A stretch of DNA of 64,000 nt from Eledone cirrhosa. Its lineage: Eukaryota. Made by a program: the position numbers and the translations under genes. The notes beneath the pieces are model-generated. The model did not search any database, was not told the origin of the DNA, and saw nothing but the letters and a program-made list of their open reading frames with translations. The DNA lies in NCBI GenBank assembly GCA_964016885.1, contig OZ024762.1, forward strand, positions 4,898,001 through 4,962,000. Direction: 5' to 3'. Every line of letters begins with the position of its first letter. Position 1 is the stretch's first letter. Shown in pieces: positions 52,746-64,000 of the stretch.

Positions 52746-53694
52746 CACTTCCAACATGGCTGTGCATGTCAATCCTGTTTTTAAAAACTTCAATTTTTAA
52801 TGTGATGCAGTCATAGTGTTGTTTTATACTTTTCAAGAATGTCTTTTTAATATGGTTTGTTAATTCAGATGTTTATAGTATCTTTGCTAGTGAACAGATT
52901 GTGGTGAAAATTTACAGTATTAGAGTAAAGGCTTCAATTTTTAATGTGATGCTACCATAATGTTGTTTTATACTTTTCAAGAATGTCTTACTAATGTGGT
53001 TTCATGTGGTTTGTTAATTCAAATGTTTATAGTATCTTTGCTAATAGTCAGATTGTTGTGAAAATTTGCAGTATTAGAGTAAAGACTTCAGTTTTTAATG
53101 TGATGTAGTCATAATGTTGTTTTATATATTCAAGATTATTTTGCTGTGGTTTCACATGACACAAGATATTAAAAGTTAGATTAGTGTTAGGAGGTCAACT
53201 TAAATGTTTTTTTTATATAAAATTGTTTGAAGGTTTTTAAATAAATATGAAGACATTAAATTAAACAGTCTTATATCATAGAAGCAGGGTCTACTACAGG
53301 GGAGGGGGGTATAAAAGGGTTTATTATATTTATAGCCCTTGCTAGCAGAGTGGGGGTGTGGAGGACATGTAAATGATGTTGATTGTAGTGGTTGCGGCGA
53401 GGTTGGTGGTGGTGATGGGGGTGGTGATACAGTAGAATACTGTGTCCATTCATATTACTGATTCTCTGGTGCTATATTCATATAAACAAGTGTAGTGTGT
53501 ATTGTCTAAGGAATAACTTGCCAGAATATTTCCCATTGACCACACACAGTTTCAAAATATCATTATCATCATCACCATCACCGTTTAATGTCCATTTGTC
53601 TGAGGCAAGCTGGATTGGGCGACCATGTCTTGCTCATGCAGAACTGATTCTGACTTGGTTTCTACAGCAGGATGCCCTTCCTAATGCCAACAAC

Positions 53695-54118
53695 ATTTAC
53701 AGTGTGGACTAGGTGCTTTTTGCCGTGACTCCTACACAACCACTTTACAGCGTGGGCTGGATGCTTTTTGTCGTGACACCTACACAACCATTTTACAGTG
53801 AGGGCTGGGTGCTTTTTGTTGTGACTCCTACACAACCACTTTACAGCGTGGGCTGGATGCTTTTTGTCGTGACACCTACACAACCACTTTACAGCGTGGG
53901 CTGGATGCTTTTTGTCGTGACACCTACACAACCATTTTACAGTGAGGGCTGGGTGCTTTTTGTTGTGACTCCTACACAACCATTTTACAGTGAGGGCTGG
54001 GTGCTTCTTGTTGTGACTCCTACACAACCACTTTACAGTGAGGGCTGGGTGCTTTTTGTCATGACACCTACACGATCACTTTACAGTGTGGACTGGGTGC
54101 TTTTTGTTGTGACTCCTA
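53695..54118. repeat. 48-bp minisatellite, ~9 copies
   Basis: TTTACAGYGWGGGCTGG..CCTACACAACCA units. Confidence 0.9.
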
Positions 54119-54218
54119 TGGAGGCTTCACTAGATGTATGCTAGACACATTCATTAAATTTTGTTGATACCAAACAGGTGTGTGCTGTGGAACTGGGGCC
54201 ATTTTGGAACAAATACAT

Positions 54219-54527
54219 TGACCCTTTAGTATTTACATTACTCTATATCTACTATTATATTTTCATGGAAATATCGAATCTATGAGATTTTGATATTATT
54301 TATATTGAGAATTAGTATTATATTACTCTACATTTAGTATATTTTCATGGTAAAGGTTTTACCACACACAATTATCTCACATAATATTGAATTTATGAGA
54401 TTTTGATATTATTTATTTTGAGAACAATACCTTAACATCAGTATGAGCAGCCGGTTACCGCCAGTTTGAACAGAAAGAGGTGAGAGAATTCTGACTGGAT
54501 ACAGCTGGTTTAAAGGCTAAAGGGTTA
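54219..54527. mobile_element. piggyBac-like MITE (CCCTTTAG..CTAAAGGG, TTAA-type flanks); relatives ~51096-51299, ~62925-63150, ~63269-63451
   Basis: Terminal inverted repeats with TTAA-like flanks and shared internal sequence. Confidence 0.55.
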
Positions 54528-54864
54528 AGGACAGCTTGTCAGCTGCCTAGGGTACAGACCTCTGAGAGTTATATTACTGACAGTGTGGACTGTGTAGTGG
54601 GAAATACAGGCTTTCTGTGTGGTCAGAGCAAGAAGTTCTAAGAACTAGGTTTGTCAGTTTACCAAACTGTAAGCTTGTATTGTTTTATTTAGGATCAGAT
54701 TGTATACCTTGTAGGGGCTAAATACTCAGGAGCTGCCCCTGTTTAGAGTAGGAGTTGTCTATTACTTCCTACTGAACAGGGCACCTGTGACAGCTATATC
54801 AACAGGGGTGCAATCTAATTTAAAAGCTATTACCTGTGCCTAACCCTCCACGTGTGACCCTCAA

Positions 54865-55840
54865 TGATGGTGGTGGTAGTGGTAGTGTTAATGGGGTGGG
54901 GTAGCAGTAGTGGTGGTGGTGGTGGTGGTGTTGCTGGTGGGATGGTAGTGGCAGTAATGGTCATGTTAATGGCAGTGGTAGTGGTAGTGTTAATGGGGTG
55001 GGGTAGCAGTAGTGGTGGTGGTGGTGGTGGTGTTGCTGGTGGGATGGTAGTGGCAGTAATGGTCATGTTAATGGCAGTGGTAGTGGTAGTGTTAATGGGG
55101 TGGGGTAGCAGTAGTGGTGGTGGTGGTGGTGTTGCTGGTGGGATGGTAGTGGCAGTAGTGGTCATGTTAATGGCAGTGGTGGTGGTGGTGTTAATGGGGT
55201 GGGGTAGCAGTAGTGGTGGTGGTGGTGGTGGTGTTGCTGGTGGGATGGTAGTGGCAGTAGTGGTCATGTTAATGGCAGTGGTAGTGGTGGTGTTAATGGG
55301 GTGGGGTAGCAGTAGTGGTGGTGGTGGTGGTGGTGTTGCTGGTGGGATGGTAGTGGCAGTAGTGGTCATGTTAATGGCAGTGGTAGTGGTGGTGTTAATG
55401 GGGGGGGGGGGTAATGGTGGTGGTGGTGTTGCTGGTGGGATGGTAGTGGCAGTAATGGTCATGTTAATGGCAGTGGTAGTGGTGGTGTTAATGGGGGGGG
55501 GGGTAATGGTGGTGGTGGTGTTGCTGGTGGGATGGTAGTGGCAGTAGTGGTCATGTTAATGGCAGTGGTAGTGGTGGTGTTAATGGGGTGGGGTAGCAGT
55601 AGTGGTGGTGGTGGTGGTGTTGCTGGTGGGATGGTAGTGGCAGTAGTGGTCATGTTAATGGCAGTGGTAGTGGTAGTGTTAATGGGGTGGGGTAGCAGTA
55701 GTGGTGGTGGTGGTGGTGTTGCTGGTGGGATGGTAGTGGCAGTAGTGGTCATGTTAATGGCAGTGGTAGTGGTAGTGTTAATGGGGTGGGGTAGCAGTAG
55801 TAGTGGTGGTGGTGGTGGTGTTGCTGGTGGGATGGTGGTA
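54865..55840. repeat. ~100-bp GGT-rich minisatellite
   Basis: Repeating ATGGGGTGGGGTAGCAGTAG(TGG)nTGTTGCTGGTGGGATGG units. Confidence 0.9.
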
Positions 55841-56255
55841 TTATGAGGAGAGTGTTGGTGGAGTTGGTAGCAGTGACAGCAGTGCTGCTACTTGTGTTGT
55901 TGTTGTTGCTCTCTCTCAATATATATGTGGGACAGAACAGAAGTGGGTTGGGTCTTAAAACTATCCCATGCTTCTTTTACTTATCATGGCGACATGAATC
56001 GCCTGTCATGTCTGTGACCTACACCACTGGGTCACCTGTTGCAAGTGGAGGGTAGGCATCTGTCACAAATGTGTGTGTAGATGGGTGGGGGGAGTATGTC
56101 ATATCATGTCCTCCCCCCCACCCCCAACCCCGTCATCTGACTTATTGTGGTGAGGGGGGGGTGGGGGGTACATGGTTCATTAATCTGGAGCTGATCTGAG
56201 AAAATAGAATTTTTTAAATTCACCTCAATTCAGTTTATTGACATGTTACATCTGT

Positions 56256-57410
56256 TCCCACCACACTGCCCAAATCTACCCACCACACTGCCCAAATCTA
56301 CCCACCATACTACCCAAATATACCCACCATACTACCCAAATCTACCCACCATACTACCCAAATCTACCCACCACACTGCCCAAATCTACCCACCATACTA
56401 CCCAAATCTACCCACCATACTACCCAAATATACCCACCATACTACCCAAATATACCCACCATACTACCCAAATATACCCACCATACTACCCAAATCTACC
56501 CACCACACTACCCAAATATACCCACCATACTACCCAAATATACCCACCACACTGCACAAATCTACCCACCTCACGCCTCCCAAATGTACCCACCACACAC
56601 CACCCAAATGTACCCACCACATGCCACCCAAAACGTACCCACAATGTGACATTACCCCAACCTACCCACCACCCCAGATGTGACACTTTTTCAACTGTTA
56701 TTTTCCTTTTTATCCATATGGTTCACCAGCCTACAGACCTGTCAACCCCCCCCCCCCTGTCAGAGATATCTTCTCTTTCTCTCCCCCACCACTTCTGCTA
56801 GTCCTCCCCCCCCCGTTGCTACTGGTACCATCTCCCCCCACCACTGCTGCCTAGTCCCCCCCCCACCGTTGCTACTGGTACCATCTCCCCCACCACTGTT
56901 GCCTAGTCCCCCCCGTTGCTACTGGTACCATCTTCCCCCACCACTGCTGTTAGTCCTCCCCCCACCCACCGTTGCTACTGGTACCATCTCCCCCACCACT
57001 GTTGCCTAGTCCCCCCCCCGTTGCTACTGGTACCATCTCCCCCCACCGTTGCTACTGGTACCATCTCCACCCACCACTGCTGTTAGTCCCCCCCCCACCG
57101 TTGCTACTGGTACCATCTCCCCCACCACTGCTGCTAGCCCCCCCCCCCCCCCCCCCCCCCACCGTTGCTACTGGTACCATCTCCCCCACCACTGTTGCCT
57201 AGTCCCCCCCCGTTGCTACTGGTACCATCTTCCCCACCACTGCTGTTAGTCCCCCCCCCCACCGTTGCTACTGGTACCATCTCCCCCCACCACTGCTGTT
57301 AGTCCCCCCCACCGTTGCTACTGGTACCATCTCCCCCCACCACCCACCGTTGCTACTGGTACCATCTCCCCCCACCCCCCACCGTTGCTACTGGCACCAT
57401 CTCTCCCCAC
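56256..57410. repeat. C-rich tandem repeats (22-bp unit 56256-56570; GCTACTGGTACCATCTCCCC unit 56800-57410)
   Basis: Direct reading. Confidence 0.85.
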
Positions 57411-57659
57411 CATGCTGTCCTAGTATAGTAAAGTATTATGTAATTACCTTGACCTTCAATCTGTCTTAGCTGCTATCATAATATAAAGCTGTGCTGTGTT
57501 AAATTATATGACCTGTCGCTTTCAACACTTATCATCTGCTATTAACCCTCCACCATCCTACACACACCTCCACCATCATTCACACACCTCCACCATCCTA
57601 CACACACCTCCACCATTCTTCACATATCTTGCACAATGTCACTCCATTATTGAGTGGAG

Positions 57660-57848
57660 AGCGGTGGATTGGCAGTATCGGTAGAGGGTCAGACGCCATG
57701 CTTTCCAGCATAGTTATGTCCCTTTACGATCTGAGTTCAAATCCCGCCGAGGTTGACTTTGCCTTTCATCCTTACGGGGTCGATAAAATAAAGTACCAGT
57801 GATGCACTGGGTAATTGCTGGCCTTGTGCCTAAAGTAGAAACAATTAT
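57660..57848 (+). mobile_element. Full-length tRNA-derived SINE with target-site duplication
   Basis: ATTATTGAGTGGAG occurs on both sides (~57646 and ~57844). Confidence 0.85.
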
Positions 57849-58181
57849 TGAGTGGAGGAAGGGAGAGGAGGAATACCACCCACACTTACACCTCTCCTGT
57901 CTAATTCATGAATGCATAGAAAGCTGCTCACACTGCACACCTGCTTTCCCATAGTATAAGTACCATGACAATAAAAAACACCCAGTCTCCCCTGTAAGGT
58001 GATCGGTCGTACTAGTACCATGACAAAAAAAAGAAGCCAGTCTACCCTGTTTAGTGGTAGTGGTGCCACCCCCTCCCCCCAAAAAACCAGTTCACCCTGT
58101 AAGGTGGTTGTGTTGGTACCATGACAAAAAAGTACCCAGTTCACCCTGTAAAATGGTAGTGGTGGTGTCATAAAAACATCT

Positions 58182-59158
58182 TGTACATGCTGTAAAATGG
58201 GTATGGTGGTGTCACAAAAGAAATCTCCCAGTACATGCTGTAAAATGGGTATGGTGGTGTCACAAAAGAAATCTCCCAGTACATGCTGTAAAGTGGTAAT
58301 GGTGGTGTCACAAAAGAAATCTCCCAGTACATGCTGTAAAATGGGTATGGTGGTGTCACAAAAGAAATCTCCCAGTACATGCTGTAAAGTGGTAATGGTG
58401 GTGTCACAAAAGAAATCTCCCAGTACATGCTGTAAAGTGGTAATGGTGGTGTCACAAAAGAAATCTCCCAGTACATGCTGTAAAGTGGTAATGGTGTCAC
58501 AAAAGAAATCTCCCAGTACATGCTGTAAAGTGGTAATGGTGGTGTCACAAAAGAAATCTCCCAGTACATGCTGTAAAGTGGTAATGGTGGTGTCACAAAA
58601 GAAATCTCCCAGTACATGCTGTAAAATGGGTATGGTGGTGTCACAAAAGAAATCTCCCAGTACATGCTGTAAAATGGTAATGGTGGTGTCACAAAAGAAA
58701 TCTCCCAGTACATGCTGTAAAATGGGTAGGGTGGTGTCACAAAAGAAATCTCCCAGTACATGCTGTAAAATGGTAATGGTGGTGTCACAAAAGAAATCTC
58801 CCAGTACATGCTGTAAAGTGGTAATGGTGGTGTCACAAAAGAAATCTCCCAGTACAAGCTGTAAAATGGTAATGGTGGTGTCACAAAAGAAATCTCCCAG
58901 TATATGCTGTAAAGTGGTAATGGTGGTGTCACAAAAGAACGCTCCCAGTACATGCTGTAAAGTGGTAATGGTGGTGTCACAAAAGAAATCTCCCAGTACA
59001 TGCTGTAAAATGGGTATGGTGGTGTCACAAAAGAACGCTCCCAGTACATGCTGTAAAGTGGTAATGGTGGTGTCACAAAAGAACGCTCCCAGTACATGCT
59101 GTAAAGTGGTAATGGTGGTGTCACAAAAGAACGCTCCCAGTACATGCTGTAAAATGGT
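58182..59158. repeat. 48-bp minisatellite, ~20 copies
   Basis: GTACATGCTGTAAA..GGTGTCACAAAAGAAATCTCCCA units; stop-free frames give spurious ORFs. Confidence 0.93.
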
Positions 59159-60867
59159 TGACATTAGGAGAGAAATATCTGAAGTGTGAAAAAAAACATT
59201 TGGCATGGGTGTTGTGTGGGCTATTGAGTGACAGATGCAAGTTTAGTAAATTGTCTCCACTGAAATGTGTACTTGAGGACCCTGCCCTCCACAACCATCC
59301 CAGTGTGTGAAGAAGGTAGAAGGGTACTGCCATTCACTCAGTTGATTTAATGTAGTCACAGCACGCTGGTTATTACTGGTAAGAGAAGGTAAAAAGGAGT
59401 GTTTGTGGTTTGTTTTATAGCAAATAGGCGGCTAATTATGAGAGTCGTTAGAACGTCAGATAGAATGCTTTGTGGTATTTGTTCCGGCTCTCTTATTTTG
59501 CCTTTCGTCCTTTCGAGGTCAATAAAAAAACGTACCAGTCTCGTACTGGGGTCGGTTCTTCCTCTATGTCTCTTTCTCATTTCCTCTCTCTCACTTTCTA
59601 TCTTTCTCTGGAAGAAATCTGCTGTATTGAGGCCTGGAGAGGGGTGGGCTCCGCCAGGCTTAAAATGCCCAAGAAATGCTGCATGTCAATATGGTGCCCC
59701 TACAACTCCTTCAGGAGTTACGGGACCACAAATACATTTGTAGCAACTATATTATGTAGATACAATCTTCTTAGTACTGTTTTAGAGTTTTGTAGAATTC
59801 TTTTCTTTTTAATTTTTTACTGTTTAGTAAAAGAGGCAATGAGTGTGTTTATAGCCCTTTTCTGTGGATGCAAGACTGGTAGGTGGGAGGGAACGCAGTA
59901 CGCATGACACTTTTCAGGACTTCCAAGATTGGTGAGAAAAGGGCCAGTGCTCATGACACTTTTCAGGGCCTCCAAGATTGGCCAGGAAAGGGGCAGTGCT
60001 CGTGACCTATTTCAGGGCCTCCAAGACTGGTGGGAAAAGAGGCAGTGCCCGTAACATTTTTTCAGGGACTCTGCAGCTGGTAGGTTGGAGGGAAGAGCAT
60101 AGTCCTTGTGAGCCTTTTCAGGGTCCCCAATATTGGTGAAAATGAAGACCAGTGTATGTGATCATTGCTCAAGGAAGACAGCCTGTAGCCGTTAGTCAAG
60201 AAAAAGGGCCATGATCCTGGCCATTGCTCATGAGGAAGCAGGAAGAGCCTGTGCCATTAGCCAAGAAGAAGGGCTGTGATCCTGACCATTGCTCATGAGG
60301 AAGGGGGAAGAGCCCTTAGTCTAGATAGTGTAAGTTCCTGTGACCCTTATTCAGAAAGAGCAGTGTGTACCCTAAACTCTTTATTTTTAAAGGTTTCCAT
60401 GACTGGTGAGGGGGAGCAAAGAAGGGCCAAAGGTATCTTCAAGTTAAAGACATGGTGCTGAATGTTTACAACAGGGTGGGCCCCACTAAAAGCACCTCAG
60501 GGCCAGGGCGTGATGGTATTAAACTGGACAACAATTAATATCTACCACCCCAGATAGCCATGGCAGGATTTGAACTCAAAACATAAAGGACTGGAACAAA
60601 GACATCTTGACCAACACTCTAACAATTCTGCTGGACTGGTTACTTTAATCTATTGACCTCCAGCAAAGTTGACAAGTTGACCGTGGCAAGACTTAAACTC
60701 TGGGTGCAGAAATCCAGAACCAATGTGTGTGGTCCAGATATTAGCTGAAGATCTGACTTGACCCAGCAAAACCACATCTTTAGCTGTCCACCTCAATGTC
60801 AACCCCCCTGGAATAGCTGTATCATGGAGAAGTTGACCATCCAGCATGGAAGCTGGGTGGAAAATGA

Positions 60868-61470
60868 TGTTGATGGCAATGGTGGTTGTTGTAGTGGTGG
60901 TGGTGGTAATGGTGATGGTGGTTGTTGTAGTGGTGGTGATGGTGGTAGTGGTGATGGTGGTTGTTGTAGTGGTGGTGGTGGTGGTAGTGGTAATGGTGAT
61001 GGCAATGGTGGTTGTTGTAGTGATGGTGGTGGTGGTGGTGGTAGTGGTGATGGTGGTTGTTGTAGTGGTGGTGGTGGTGGTGGTGGTAGTGGTAATGGTG
61101 ATGGCAATGGTGGTTGTTGTAGTGATGGTGGTGGTGGTGGTGGTAGTGGTGATGGTGGTTGTTGTAGTGGTGGTGGTGGTGGTAGTGGTAATGGTGATGG
61201 CAATGGTGGTTGTTGTAGTGGTGGTGGTGGTGATGGTGGTTGTTGTAGTGGTGGTGGTGGTGGTAGTGGTAATGGTGATGGCAATGGTGGTTGTTGTAGT
61301 GGTGGTGGTGGTGGTGGTAATGGTGATGGTGATGGTGGTTGTTGTAGTGGTGGTGGTGGTAATGGTGATGGCGATGGTGGTTGTTGTAGTGGTGGTGGTG
61401 GTAATGGTGATGGTGGTTGTTGTAGTGGTGGTGGTGGTAATGGTGATGGCGATGGTGGTGGTGGTGGTGA
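60868..61470. repeat. (GGT)n-based trinucleotide low-complexity tract
   Basis: Direct reading. Confidence 0.9.
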
Positions 61471-61859
61471 AGTGTTGTACTGATGACAATGATGATGATG
61501 ATGATGCTCTGAATGAGGTGTGAACTTGTTTCTGCCCAACAATTAGGGAACATGTCCTCTTTTATGTCAGGGACTGTGTTTCTCCTCCCTTTAAATTTCA
61601 GAAAGAAATGCTGTCTGTATTCACAGGGGGCAGGGCAGAGTAATGTTGGTTGTCAATGGTAACACTATTGTCTGTGGGGGGTGGGGCTGTTCAGAAGAGA
61701 CACTCCTCTGTTGGGGTTAAAAGGGAGTGGGGGTTAAGGTCGATTGTGTTTCAGGTGCTTTGTTCCTATATACATACGGGGTGTTCCCAAAAAATGTATA
61801 CAGATTCAACAAAGTAATCAAAGTGTGTATACATTTTTTTTTTGGGGGGGGGGGGGACC

Positions 61860-61895
<36 letters not shown>

Positions 61896-61954
61896 CAGAT
61901 TACGTAACCAGAAAGGTGTGGTTGGTTGGGTGATTGGGTAACAAACTTTTGATG

Positions 61955-62572
61955 GTTAACTGGCTGGTTGGTTAGTTAACTGGCTGGTTGGTTAGTTAAC
62001 TGACTGGTTGGTTAGTTAACTGGCTGGTTGGTTAGTTAACTGGCTGGTTGGTTAGTTAACTGACTAGTTGGTTAGTTAACTGACTAGTTGGTTAGTTAAC
62101 TGGCTGGTTGGTTAGTTAACTGGCTGGTTGGTTAGTTAACTGACTAGTTGGTTAGTTAACTGACTAGTTGGTTAGTTAACTGGCTGGTTGGTTAGTTAAC
62201 TGGCTGGTTGGTTAGTTAACTGACTAGTTGGTTAGTTAACTGACTGGTTGGTTAGTTAACTGGCTGGTTGGTTAGTTAACTGGCTGGTTGGTTAGTTAAC
62301 TGACTGGTTGGTTAGTTAACTGACTGGTTGGTTAGTTAACTGACTGGTTGGTTAGTTAACTGACTGGTTGGTTAGTTAACTGGCTGGTTGGTTAGTTAAC
62401 TGACTAGTTGGTTAGTTAACTGACTAGTTGGTTAGTTAACTGACTGGTTGGTTAGTTAACTGACTGGTTGGTTAGTTAACTGGCTGGTTGGTTAATTAAC
62501 TGACTAGTTGGTTAGTTAACTGACTGGTTGGTTAGTTAACTGACTGGTTGGTTAGTTAACTGGCTGGTTGGA
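61955..62572. repeat. 20-bp tandem repeat, ~30 copies (GTTAGTTAACTGRCTRGTTG)
   Basis: Exact 20-bp phase across lines. Confidence 0.95.
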
Positions 62573-63609
62573 TGGTTACATGGAGGATTAGCTGTCTGAC
62601 AGGTTGACTACCTCTACTAAATAATTTACAAAGAAATAATGTTTCTTTTTCATTGCTTGATATCCCCCCACCCATTGTCAAACAGGTGTAGAGACACAAG
62701 AAAAAGCTTGGTGTGTGAGGAGGCCCAAAACATCTGCCATGTGGGCGGGGTATCATTCACACATCCCTACCCTGCATTTTAACACTGAAATTATATAACT
62801 GGCACTCTCTAGGTTACGATGACAGGTATTCCAGTTATTACAATGAATGGAACAGCCTGCTTGTGAAATTAATGTACAGGTGGCTGAGCATTTCACAAGC
62901 ACACATACCCCTAACTACTAAGCCATGTATTTGGTATTTACATTACTCTATATATACTATTATATTTTCACAGTAAAGGCTTTATCTCACATAATTGTCT
63001 CACATAATATCGAACCTATGAGATTTTGATATTATTTATTTTGAGAACAATACCTCAACATCAGTATCAGCAGCCAGTTACAGCCGGTTTGAACAGAAAG
63101 AGTGAAAGAATTCTGGCCAGATATGGCCAGTTTAAATGCTAAAGTGTTAATACTGATATTGTATAAATAAAATGAGTCATCAGGCTGGTGCTTATCCCGG
63201 TTTTCATGGTATGAAACGACTAAGAGTACAAGACTCTCCCCTGGACATGACACCAGTCCATCACAGGGTTAACCCTTTAACATTTACATTACTCTATATT
63301 TACTATTGTATTTTCATGGTAAACACTTCATTTAAAACTATTATTTATTTTTGAGAACAATACCTTAACATAAGTATGAGCAGCCAGTTTGAACAGAAAG
63401 AGGTGAGATAATTCTGGCCAGATACAGCCAGTTTAAATGCTAGGGGGTTAAACCCATAGCTATTGTTGGTATTCATTTTTCAGCTGAGTATATTGGAGGA
63501 ATGTGAAATGAAGGGTTTTGCTCAAGAAGACAACACACAACCCACGACATTATGATCATAAGTCCAACACCCTTACCATTAGGCCAGCTGAAGAATTTGA
63601 TGGCACTTT

Positions 63610-64000
63610 GATACCACAGACATGGCTGTGTGGTTCAAATATCACAGACATGGCTGTGGTTCAAATACCACAGACATGGCTGTGTGGTTCAAATACCACA
63701 GACATGGCTGTGTGGTTCAAATACCACAGACATGGCTATGTGGTTCAAATACCACAGACATGGCTGTGTGGTTCAAATACCACAGACATGGCTGTGTGGT
63801 TCAAATATCACAGACATGGCTGTGTGGTTCAAATATCACAGACATGGCTGTATGGTTCAAATATCACAGACATGGCTGTGTGGTTCAAATATCACAGACA
63901 TGGCTGTGTGGTTCAAATATCACAGACATGGCTGTGTGGTTCAAATATCACAGACATGGCTGTGTGGTTCAAATATCACAGACATGGCTGTGTGGTTCAA
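63610..64000. repeat. 28-bp tandem repeat running off the window end
   Basis: AAATAYCACAGACATGGCTGTGTGGTTC, period 28 (63673, 63701). Confidence 0.95.

Noticed and set aside
53515-53540. LPEYFP as a possible PESPR-type constant exon of the transporter
   Set aside because: No surrounding TM6 or RWL similarity and no convincing splice sites.
54830-61553. Pro/Thr/Gly/His-rich and 16-aa-repeat ORFs (mucin- or extensin-like)
   Set aside because: Open on both strands and in several frames because they are GGT-based or 48-bp tandem repeats; no splice or domain evidence.

Overview
Repeat-saturated eukaryotic (metazoan) genomic DNA. The tRNA-SINE, RTE, Tx1, R4/Dong and (TA)n landscape suggests an octopus/cephalopod-type genome, but that is inference. 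Almost all long ORFs in the supplied track are artefacts of tandem repeats or decayed LINEs. The only host coding sequences I can support are three + strand paralogous FIRST coding exons of an MFS sugar-porter of the SLC2A13/HMIT (H+/myo-inositol cotransporter) type, at 3524-4034, 21114-21702 and 42148-42592. Each has its own ATG, a distinct N-terminal tail and TM1-TM4, and each ends at the same phase-1 GT donor (..GCG[F/Y/H]G|GT). I found no TM5-TM12 exons between or after them. The best reading is a clustered array of variable first exons spliced to shared downstream constant exons (protocadherin/UGT1-like logic applied to a transporter). Exons A and B also show a strong excess of replacement over silent change. 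Other notable items: minimal type-I hammerhead ribozymes of the Penelope-like-element kind, many fold-back palindromes tied to (TA)n, minisatellites born inside LINE 3' ends (37-bp x125 and 74-bp x~20, tail to tail), a 1-kb telomere-like (TTAGNG)n tract and a 1.8-kb direct duplication flanking exon C.
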